Assembly (NCBI GenBank): GCA_964474245.1
Contig: CAYYRY010000001.1
Coordinates: 222 to 44,679 of the forward strand
DNA length: 44,458 bases
Source of the DNA: an uncultured Ruminococcus sp.
GTDB lineage: Bacteria; Bacillota; Clostridia; Oscillospirales; CAG-272
Reading direction: 5' to 3'
Below are positions 27,156 through 33,708 of this stretch, one piece after another; the stretch's first letter is position 1, and each line of letters begins with the position of its first letter. The translations under genes were made by a program, and so were the position numbers. Below the pieces are notes generated by a model that saw nothing but the letters and a program-made list of their open reading frames with translations, was not told the DNA's origin and ran no database searches.

Positions 27156-27214
27156 AATTTGAGGGACAGGCGTCACTGTATGCAAAGTAAACAGTGACGC
27201 CTGTCCCTCAAATT
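27156..27214. repeat. Perfect 24-bp inverted repeat with 11-nt loop
   Basis: AATTTGAGGGACAGGCGTCACTGT - ATGCAAAGTAA - ACAGTGACGCCTGTCCCTCAAATT. Confidence 0.9.
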
Positions 27215-27255
27215 ATTTGTTCGTTTTCATCTTAGCGCAACATCACCGTTGTTTT

Positions 27256-27648
27256 TTATCGGATTTTTATGTCAACACAGTTATCGCAGTAAACTATTTT
27301 CTCTTTTGCATTTTCAAGGTCCATGTGGGACGGGAAAATTACTGTAATTAATTTGTCGCAGTTTCTGAATGAAGTAGTGTCGAAATTTACAACGGATTCG
27401 GGAATGCTTACTGACATGATTGTATCACAATTATCAAAAGCCATCCATCCAAGTCCGGTTACCTTATAGCCTAAAATTTCAGAGGGAATATATACTTCGC
27501 TATCATCACCAATATAGCCCGTAATCGTAATTTCATTATCCTCAATCAGATACTTGAAATCTTCTACAGGACTAACTTTTTCTTCTGCACATCCTCCCAA
27601 CAAACAAATAATTAAAGTCAACAACAATACACTCATTAATTTTCTCAT
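27256..27648 (-). CDS. Small BspA-type leucine-rich-repeat lipoprotein
   Basis: It has a signal peptide with lipobox LGGC and LRR_5-like repeats (IPSEILGYKVTGLGWMAFDNCDTIMSVSIPESV). GGAGG lies upstream, and the coding sequence is AT-rich. Confidence 0.65.
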   Translation of the reverse strand: MRKLMSVLLLTLIICLLGGCAEEKVSPVEDFKYLIEDNEITITGYIGDDSEVYIPSEILGYKVTGLGWMAFDNCDTIMSVSIPESVVNFDTTSFRNCDKLITVIFPSHMDLENAKEKIVYCDNCVDIKIR

Positions 27649-27687
27649 ATAATGTTACCTCCGTTTTTTATTTATGTATTGCATATT

Positions 27688-27714
27688 TATTATACCGCAA
27701 TTTGCGGTATAATA
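27688..27714. promoter_or_regulatory. Operator-like palindrome in divergent LRR/XRE promoter region
   Basis: TATTATACCGCA-ATT-TGCGGTATAATA has 12-bp perfect arms that overlap TATAAT boxes on both strands. Confidence 0.5.
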
Positions 27715-27755
27715 TAATTTTAGTACATAAAGCACAATCACATATGAGGTGACAT

Positions 27756-27959
27756 ATGTATCGAAGAATTCGTGAGTTGAGAGAGGATAACGACCTTACC
27801 CAAAAGCAGTTAGCGAAAAAATTAAATTGTTCTCAACAAGTATATAGTAATTATGAATTAGGACAGAGAGACATTCCCACCGATATACTGATAAGACTCT
27901 CGAAAATATATAATGTCAGTACCGACTATATATTAGGTTTAACAAATATAAAAAAATAA
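27756..27959 (+). CDS. XRE-family helix-turn-helix transcriptional regulator (67 aa)
   Basis: It has a Cro/C1-type HTH (LTQKQLAKKLNCSQQVYSNYELGQRDIP). GAGG lies upstream. Confidence 0.8.
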   Translation: MYRRIRELREDNDLTQKQLAKKLNCSQQVYSNYELGQRDIPTDILIRLSKIYNVSTDYILGLTNIKK

Positions 27960-27962
27960 ACA

Positions 27963-28013
27963 AGGGGCTGTCGCAAGTCAAAGAATCTTTGACTTGCGAC
28001 AGCCCCTCTTTCT
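27963..28013 (+). terminator. Long hairpin terminator after XRE gene
   Basis: A palindrome with 22-nt arms (AGGGGCTGTCGCAAGTCAAAGA / TCTTTGACTTGCGACAGCCCCT) is followed by CTTTCT. Confidence 0.65.
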
Positions 28014-28038
28014 GAATCCCGTTTTATCCTTTCCGAAA
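28014..28038 (+). repeat. Direct repeat copy 1: GAATCCCGTTTTATCCTTTCCGAAA (tRNA-3'-end-like)
   Basis: The identical 25-mer recurs at 28142-28166. It resembles the TTCGAATCCC...CCTTTCCG 3' end of tRNA-Ser but is in the opposite orientation to the gene. Confidence 0.9.
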
Positions 28039-28141
28039 TAAGTCTCCTTCCCGTGATGAGGCAAGTGCAAACATCCACTAGATCCACGCCGCAAATGCTT
28101 GCGCATTTGGTTGCCCCTACGGGATGCAACTACCGGCTTTC

Positions 28142-28166
28142 GAATCCCGTTTTATCCTTTCCGAAA
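28142..28166 (+). repeat. Direct repeat copy 2 of the tRNA-3'-end-like 25-mer
   Basis: It is identical to 28014-28038, and its 3' part forms the left arm of the tRNA terminator palindrome. Confidence 0.9.
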
Positions 28167-28213
28167 AAAGAAAAAGGAACGCAACAGCGTTCCTTTTTCT
28201 TTTTTCGGAAAGG
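28156..28213. terminator. 27-nt-arm palindrome = terminator of tRNA-Ser, extending into the acceptor stem
   Basis: CCTTTCCGAAAAAAGAAAAAGGAACGC - AACA - GCGTTCCTTTTTCTTTTTTCGGAAAGG. The right arm includes the first 8 nt of the tRNA gene's 3' end. Confidence 0.7.
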
Positions 28214-28294
28214 GAGGGATTCGAACCCTCGAACGGGTATAAGCCGTTACACGATTTCCAGTCGTGCGCCTTAGACCAACTCAGCCACCTTTCC
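28206..28294 (-). tRNA. tRNA-Ser (anticodon GGA)
   Basis: The minus-strand cloverleaf has acceptor GGAAAGG/CCTTTCC, anticodon arm CACGA-CTGGAAA-TCGTG, a long variable arm (ACGG...CCGT), T-arm GAGGG-TTCGAAT-CCCTC and discriminator G. No CCA is encoded. Confidence 0.85.
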
Positions 28295-28349
28295 GTGGCG
28301 TATCCGTCTACAGATATTAAATTGTGATCCGAAATTCGAACCGTGCTAC

Positions 28350-28378
28350 AGTATACCACAACTTTTCGAAAAAAGCAA
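28350..28378 (-). promoter_or_regulatory. Putative promoter of tRNA-Ser (TTGCTT-17-TATACT)
   Basis: On the minus strand, the -35 is at 28378-28373 and the -10 at 28355-28350, about 50 nt upstream of the mature 5' end. Confidence 0.4.
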
Positions 28379-28430
28379 TACCTTTTTGAAATATTTTTTA
28401 AAAGTTCGAAAATAACTTCCCCTCCCGTGA

Positions 28431-28459
28431 TTGACACGTTTTTTTATGTGTGGTATACT
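28431..28459 (+). promoter_or_regulatory. Consensus-like promoter of the RpiB-like operon (TTGACA-17-TATACT)
   Basis: The -35 is at 28431-28436 and the -10 at 28454-28459. It lies inside the spurious 5' extension of ORF 28343..29089. Confidence 0.5.
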
Positions 28460-28510
28460 ATAGATATCATAAATTTCAATTTTCCAAGTCGGAAAGAAAG
28501 GTTACGTATT

Positions 28511-29089
28511 ATGAAGACAATCAAAGACAAACAGCTTCTCATGGCAGCCGATATCGCAGGATATTACCTAAAGGAAGCTATCAAAGAGCACCTCGAAGGT
28601 AAGGGTTGGACCATCACCGATATCGGTGTTACCGATCCCGACGATCCCAATCCCGAAATGTTCCACCGCATCGGTCTCAAGGTCGGCGCTAAGATCGCTG
28701 AGAGAGAGTTCGAGAGAGCTATGGTATTCTGCGGCACAGGTATGGGTATCCACATCGCCGCTTCCAAGTGCCCCCACGTTCACTCAGCAGTTGTTGAGAG
28801 CATTCACTCCGCTAAGCGCGCCATCACGGGTAACAACGTAAATGTACTCGCAATGGGCGGTCACTGGATCGGACACAACATGGGTATCGAGATCGCTGAT
28901 ATCTTTGTTGAGAACGAGCTCGGCTCCGGCTACGAGTGGTGGCCCAACTTCTACGAATTCCACAAGCTCGCTTACGACGAAATGGAAGCGTTCGACTATG
29001 AAACATTCAAGGCAAACGGCTTTGAGCTTGAGCACCTCGGCGAGGTTGAGCTTGCAGGCTGCGCAAAGCCCAGCGCAGCTAAGGAATAA
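28511..29089 (+). CDS. RpiB/LacA/LacB-family sugar-phosphate isomerase with C-terminal extension
   Basis: The start at ATG 28511 (MKTIKDK) lies downstream of the promoter. It has the core motif FCGTGMGIHIAASKCPHVHSA and is about 45 aa longer than a canonical RpiB. Confidence 0.75.
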   Translation: MKTIKDKQLLMAADIAGYYLKEAIKEHLEGKGWTITDIGVTDPDDPNPEMFHRIGLKVGAKIAEREFERAMVFCGTGMGIHIAASKCPHVHSAVVESIHSAKRAITGNNVNVLAMGGHWIGHNMGIEIADIFVENELGSGYEWWPNFYEFHKLAYDEMEAFDYETFKANGFELEHLGEVELAGCAKPSAAKE

Positions 29090-29181
29090 TTTAACTTGAT
29101 ATCTTTCAGGCGAGCCTGCAAGGAGCCCTCGGGTTACCCCACAGACTCGCCTTTGATTTAATACCGAAAGGACAAACATCC

Positions 29182-29949
29182 ATGAATAAATATCTTGAAA
29201 ACGCCGAGATCCGTGACTTTTACGGATACAAGCATTACGTGTTCGACTACAACGGTCACGAAGCAAACGTAATAATCCCCAATGAGCCTCAGAAAAACTA
29301 CTGGGTATGGAGAGCAGAATTCCTCGACTGCGGATTTGACTGGGTGGACATGGAAATGCTCCGCCGCGGATTTGCACTGATGTACTACTCCATCTCCGAT
29401 ATGTACGGCTGTCCCGAAGCAGTTGAGCTTATGGACTCCTTCTACCGCCTCATGACCGAGGAATTCGGCTATTCTGAAAAGACGATTTTCTTCGGCTTCA
29501 GCCGCGGCGGACTTTATTCCGCAAACTTCGCTCTCAAGTATCCCGATAGATGTGCGGCTCTCTACCTTGATGCTCCCGTGCTTGACATCAAGAGCTGGCC
29601 CGGCGGCCTCGGTGCAGGTCTCGGTGCCGAGAGATGCTGGAAAGAGTGTCTCGCATGGTACAGGCTCGATGCGTCCACCGTTCTCGCATGGAAGGGTAAC
29701 CCCGTCGACAGAGCGGACGAGCTTGCCGCAAGCGGTGTACCCATGGCAATAGTCGTAGGTGACGTGGACCGTGACGTTCCGCACCGTGAAAACGCGGAGC
29801 ACGTCGTTGCCGCATACGAAAAAGTCGGTGCGAACAAGGCTCCCCTTCTCTACATAGTAAAGCCCGGATGCGACCACCATCCTCACAGCATCGAGGATCC
29901 CACACCCGTTGCCGATTTCCTTGAAAAATATGCTGTTGAGCGCAACTGA
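29182..29949 (+). CDS. Alpha/beta-fold serine hydrolase (esterase-like)
   Basis: It has the nucleophile elbow GFSRGG and later Asp (VGDVDRD) and His (GCDHHPH) candidates. AAAGGA lies upstream. Confidence 0.65.
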   Translation: MNKYLENAEIRDFYGYKHYVFDYNGHEANVIIPNEPQKNYWVWRAEFLDCGFDWVDMEMLRRGFALMYYSISDMYGCPEAVELMDSFYRLMTEEFGYSEKTIFFGFSRGGLYSANFALKYPDRCAALYLDAPVLDIKSWPGGLGAGLGAERCWKECLAWYRLDASTVLAWKGNPVDRADELAASGVPMAIVVGDVDRDVPHRENAEHVVAAYEKVGANKAPLLYIVKPGCDHHPHSIEDPTPVADFLEKYAVERN

Positions 29950-29953
29950 ACCG

Positions 29954-30694
29954 ATGATCAAGCTGATATCCGTCATACTGATCGCCGTCTGCCTCACCTC
30001 GTGTTTCCTTTTCAGAGATGCGGATGATAATTCAATAACCCTCCCACCCCTTGAGAAGAATACAGCAGACGTTCCCGAAAATACACAAAGTCCACAAAAA
30101 CAGACGTCTCACAACGAAACCACAGAGCCAATTCCTGATGAAACTGCAGACAAAGCTCTGACAGAGACCGAAGCCGATACCTCACCGAAGCCCGTTTGTA
30201 TCGGAATGTACGACGAGGTATACTCTGCCGGCACTTACAACAGAATGTACTCGCTGTCGTCTCCCATGCCCGTGGGCGTTGATATAGCTGTATTCGATAT
30301 TCTCCTCTCCGCCGAGGAAACTCTCTACGGCACTTCCTATAGAGAGCTGTGGTCATATGCGGCATCAAATGTCACATTATATCCTGCTTCAAAGCCATAT
30401 ATAACCCTTGAGTATACTCTTTCTGACGGCACCGTAAAAAAATCCGAGATACGTACTCCCTCCGATGCGGAAGCGGTTATCTCCGAAGGGTACATTGAGG
30501 TATATCTCTATGACGACGTACACCAGACGGACGGTGCGTGGTATTCTCACCTCACCCCTGCAGACGTGACGGAAGAGACCGTTATATCCTCAGTCAAGCT
30601 TACCGCAGGAAAGCTGTGCGATTCCGTATCGTCCATTACCGTAAGTGCTTGCCTCGACGGCAGTGCCGCAGCATCGGTAATGATAACGAGGTAA
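29954..30694 (+). CDS. Hypothetical lipoprotein
   Basis: The preferred start at 29954 gives MIKLISVILIAVCLTSC (lipobox LTSC). A T/E/P-rich linker is followed by a beta-rich domain. The start is uncertain (29909 and 29930 are also possible). Confidence 0.55.
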   Translation: MIKLISVILIAVCLTSCFLFRDADDNSITLPPLEKNTADVPENTQSPQKQTSHNETTEPIPDETADKALTETEADTSPKPVCIGMYDEVYSAGTYNRMYSLSSPMPVGVDIAVFDILLSAEETLYGTSYRELWSYAASNVTLYPASKPYITLEYTLSDGTVKKSEIRTPSDAEAVISEGYIEVYLYDDVHQTDGAWYSHLTPADVTEETVISSVKLTAGKLCDSVSSITVSACLDGSAAASVMITR

Positions 30695-30700
30695 TAATAT

Positions 30701-30729
30701 CAGCACCGCGTCCACGTGATACGGTGCTG
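30701..30729 (+). repeat. Hairpin CAGCACCG-(CGTCCACGTGATA)-CGGTGCTG
   Basis: It lies directly after the stop at 30694. The stem and the CCACGT loop core recur at 37425-37458. Confidence 0.8.
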
Positions 30730-30797
30730 AATCACCGGTCATATGTCAAAACTCCGATACAATCTGCCGATACTTTCATATTGTTTTTTAATATCCC

Positions 30798-30826
30798 TTG
30801 ATTTTACTAAAAATATGTTGTATAAT
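30798..30826 (+). promoter_or_regulatory. Putative promoter of yggS-sepF cluster (TTGATT-17-TATAAT)
   Basis: The -35 is at 30798-30803 and the -10 at 30821-30826. Confidence 0.45.
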
Positions 30827-30849
30827 GTATGTTGTATAATGTATAATGT
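30815..30849 (+). repeat. Tandem duplication (ATGTTGTATAATGT x2 + ATAATGT) giving three TATAATGT boxes
   Basis: The units are at 30815-30828 and 30829-30842, with a partial unit at 30843-30849. Confidence 0.9.
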
Positions 30850-31012
30850 ATATGTCTATAGTTTCCTACAGTGAGGTGCGTAGTGTGAAAGTGTAGACAT
30901 CTGCAAAATAAAGTTCTTCTGTTCCACGCACCTGACTATGTCAAGTGCGTCAAACAAACATTGAAAAACGTACAGTTTGTATTGCCGCCAAAGCGGCAGA
31001 ATGGATGATAAA

Positions 31013-31723
31013 ATGACCGACAGACAAGCCTTGATATCCGACAACCTGTGTCGGGTCAGAGAACGCATACAAGCTTCTGAGCTTCGCCGCGGTGACAACA
31101 GGAGAGTGTCTCTGCTTGCCGCAACCAAGACGGTTCCCGGTGAAGACATCATCTTCACCGCAGACTCCCTCGGACTTACTCTCGCAGGAGAAAACAAGGC
31201 GCAGGAATTCACGGACAAATACGAATCCGTCAGACCCCACCTGGATGAATATCATTTTATCGGTCACCTTCAGACCAATAAAGTGAAATACGTCGTGGGC
31301 AAAGCCGATCTCATTCATTCCGTATCCTCCCTGAAGCTCGCCCGTGAGATAGACCGTGTGGCAGGTAATAAAGGAATAATTCAGGACGTGCTCCTTGAGC
31401 TTAACTGTGCCGCTGAGGAATCAAAAAGCGGTTTTCTTCCATCCGAGGTCTCAAGCGCAATTGAATCCTTCGCTGCTTTTTCGAACATAAATCTGCGCGG
31501 TATCATGACAATGGGGCCTGCGGGTGTCGAAAAATGTGTTCTCAGAAAATATTTTAGAGAAACTTATCAGATTTTTATTGACAATTTCGAAAAAAAACCG
31601 CATAATATAAGAGAGACTGTTTTATCAATGGGTATGAGTGACAGTTATGATATAGCAATTGAAGAAGGTGCTACCATGGTTCGCGTGGGAAGTGCCATAT
31701 TCGGACAGCGCGTGTACCCTTGA
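31013..31723 (+). CDS. yggS: YggS/YlmE-family PLP homeostasis protein
   Basis: It has LLAATKTV (the PLP lysine) and HFIGHLQTNKVK. I prefer the start at 31013 (MTDRQALISDNL). An in-frame ATG at 31001 is possible. Confidence 0.8.
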   Translation: MTDRQALISDNLCRVRERIQASELRRGDNRRVSLLAATKTVPGEDIIFTADSLGLTLAGENKAQEFTDKYESVRPHLDEYHFIGHLQTNKVKYVVGKADLIHSVSSLKLAREIDRVAGNKGIIQDVLLELNCAAEESKSGFLPSEVSSAIESFAAFSNINLRGIMTMGPAGVEKCVLRKYFRETYQIFIDNFEKKPHNIRETVLSMGMSDSYDIAIEEGATMVRVGSAIFGQRVYP

Positions 31724-31771
31724 CAGTTTACATAAAAAATAATTTATCGAAATAAATTTTGGAGGCTTATT

Positions 31772-32290
31772 ATGGGACTTATAAACAGAATTAAAAACGT
31801 AACCGGCGGCGGCTACGACGACAATTACGAGGACGATTACTACAACAACTTTGAGGACGATTACGGTCCGATGGATGACATGGACGCTCAGTCCGGTATG
31901 AACCAGTCCAATATCGGCAACATGGGTAATGCCGGTCCTATCGGCGGTATGGGCGGCATCAGCCTTTCCGGCTCCGGTACAGCTCTCGAAATGAAGGTCG
32001 TAAAACCCCAGCAGTTCGACAGCGTATCTCAGATCGCTGACCACCTTCTCAACAAGCGCACAGTAGTTCTCAACCTTGAGAACACAAGCAAGGAGACTGC
32101 TCGTCGTCTTATCGACTTCCTCTCCGGTGTTGCTTATTCCATCGACGGTTCTATCAAGAAGATCGCTACCAACGCATATCTTATCACTCCCAACAACGTA
32201 GACGTAGGCGATGCTCAGCTCCGTACCCCCAAGGCGCGCGAGGAAGAGCCTGCTCCCGAACCGAACCCCGATATTTTCCCTGAGTTCTGA
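31772..32290 (+). CDS. sepF: Cell division protein SepF
   Basis: It has a conserved C-terminal domain (VVKPQQFDSVSQIADHLLNKRTVVLNLE...AYLITPNNVDV) and a D/Y/N-rich N-terminal linker. Confidence 0.85.
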   Translation: MGLINRIKNVTGGGYDDNYEDDYYNNFEDDYGPMDDMDAQSGMNQSNIGNMGNAGPIGGMGGISLSGSGTALEMKVVKPQQFDSVSQIADHLLNKRTVVLNLENTSKETARRLIDFLSGVAYSIDGSIKKIATNAYLITPNNVDVGDAQLRTPKAREEEPAPEPNPDIFPEF

Positions 32291-32402
32291 TCGAAAACAC
32301 GGAAATATTTCGCATAAGCTGATTTAAACCAATCTCAGCTGCATAAAATGTTTATAACGGCGGAAGTCCGAGCCAGACATCGTTGTCGCACCTAACGGAT
32401 CC

Positions 32403-32445
32403 ACGCTCTTCTGCAGTGAATATTTCAGAAGAGTGTGTTTCTGTG
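32403..32445 (+). terminator. Stem-loop between sepF and yggT (possible attenuator or terminator)
   Basis: An 11-bp stem (ACGCTCTTCTG / CAGAAGAGTGT, one G-U pair) with a 12-nt loop is followed by a moderately T-rich tract. Confidence 0.4.
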
Positions 32446-32516
32446 TGCCTCTGTGTCTTACGGGCATCCGCCTTTTCTCGTTTCACCCGACTGACAAAAC
32501 GGAGTTAATTTGTGTT

Positions 32517-32783
32517 ATGGAAATCTTTCTTAGTTTGATAATTATGACGGCAGACGTTGCCATATCGGCTGTTTTGTTTGTTATGCTCATACGTGCCATA
32601 TTCAGCTTTTTGCCCGTCAGTGAAGAAGGACTCCTTCCCTCTTTCCTTGCAGCAATCACTGAGCCACTTATCTTCCCGATCAGGTTGCTTTGCGACAAAT
32701 TTGATATCGGAACCTCAGTTCCGTTTGATATCCCGTTTCTTATTACGTATTTTATCCTTATGTTCTTATCAATGGCTTTATAA
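32517..32783 (+). CDS. yggT: YggT-family membrane protein
   Basis: The start at ATG 32517 follows GGAG. It is an 88-aa two-TM protein in the canonical position after sepF. Confidence 0.7.
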   Translation: MEIFLSLIIMTADVAISAVLFVMLIRAIFSFLPVSEEGLLPSFLAAITEPLIFPIRLLCDKFDIGTSVPFDIPFLITYFILMFLSMAL

Positions 32784-32786
32784 ACT

Positions 32787-33638
32787 ATGAATGTCAATAA
32801 AAACGACCTTATTACCATTGCCAAAGCCCGTGATATGGTAGTTGCTTCTTCAAAACGAAGCTATGATTTTATCTGCAGCAGATTTCTCTCCCCTGCAGAA
32901 CAGGTGCTGTACCTGTCCGCTGACAGAGACAGCGATCCGTCAGTTTTGCCGGAATGCTTCTTTTACGGAGGCGTCTCATCAGCTGACAGACGACTTTTTA
33001 TAATCACACCGTCATATATTGACGTGTCAGATGCTCCGAAGTCAAACTCTCCCTTCTGTGAAGAAAGAGAAAATTACTTCAAGAGTATCCTTGAAACCTA
33101 TGATGCTGAATCTGACATCGGTATTACTGCTCTTCGTATATCAGGAAGTGGATACACCGAGCTTTCCCACAGAGACTATATGGGAAGCATTCTTGCTCTC
33201 GGCATAGAGCGAGAGGTCATCGGAGACATTGCCGTTACCGATTCTTCCCACGCCATAGTCCTTGTTATAAGCTCCATCGCACCGTACATATGCGACAGCC
33301 TCGTCAAGATCGGGCGTGACAGCGTATCCGTTGAAGCGGCAGAGCTTCCGCCCGATTTCGAAATATCGAGAAAATTCAAGACTTCCGTAATAGTATCCGC
33401 ATCCGACCGCATTGACTCTGTAATTGCTTCTCTCACAGGCACGTCCCGTTCAGAAGCAAAAGAGATGTGCCTTACGGGACTTGCGGAGATCAATTTCGTT
33501 CCCGTAGCAGCGGCAGATATCAGAGTATCCCCCGGAGACAAGATATCCGTCAGAGGATACGGAAAATTTATTATCGACTCCTTCGACGGCTTGACCCGCA
33601 GCGGCAGGTCACGTATATCCGTCAGAAAATATATATGA
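32787..33638 (+). CDS. ylmH: YlmH-like RNA-binding protein (S4 domain)
   Basis: It has a C-terminal S4-like segment (DRIDSVIASLTGTSRSEAKEMCLTGLAEINFVPV), and its position between yggT and divIVA matches the usual synteny. Confidence 0.7.
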   Translation: MNVNKNDLITIAKARDMVVASSKRSYDFICSRFLSPAEQVLYLSADRDSDPSVLPECFFYGGVSSADRRLFIITPSYIDVSDAPKSNSPFCEERENYFKSILETYDAESDIGITALRISGSGYTELSHRDYMGSILALGIEREVIGDIAVTDSSHAIVLVISSIAPYICDSLVKIGRDSVSVEAAELPPDFEISRKFKTSVIVSASDRIDSVIASLTGTSRSEAKEMCLTGLAEINFVPVAAADIRVSPGDKISVRGYGKFIIDSFDGLTRSGRSRISVRKYI

Positions 33639-33708
33639 TCCGATCTCACCAACCCAAGGTGCAGCCAAAATACCGACACTGCACAGTAAAGAAAGGTCCT
33701 CAGGCATT

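Noticed and set aside
28040-28166. A second, plus-strand tRNA gene ending at the 28142-28166 repeat.
   Set aside because: No 5' acceptor strand (GGAAAGG) exists upstream, and the T-stem would be imperfect (CCGGC/CCCGT). The internal hairpins have 7-bp stems with 4-nt loops, which are incompatible with D or anticodon arms. I treat it as a fragment or scar, not a gene.
28343-28510. A 56-codon N-terminal extension of the RpiB-like ORF (ORF track start 28343).
   Set aside because: The extension covers the tRNA promoter region and the TTGACA-17-TATACT promoter, is AT-rich and has no RBS. ATG 28511 gives a canonical RpiB N-terminus.
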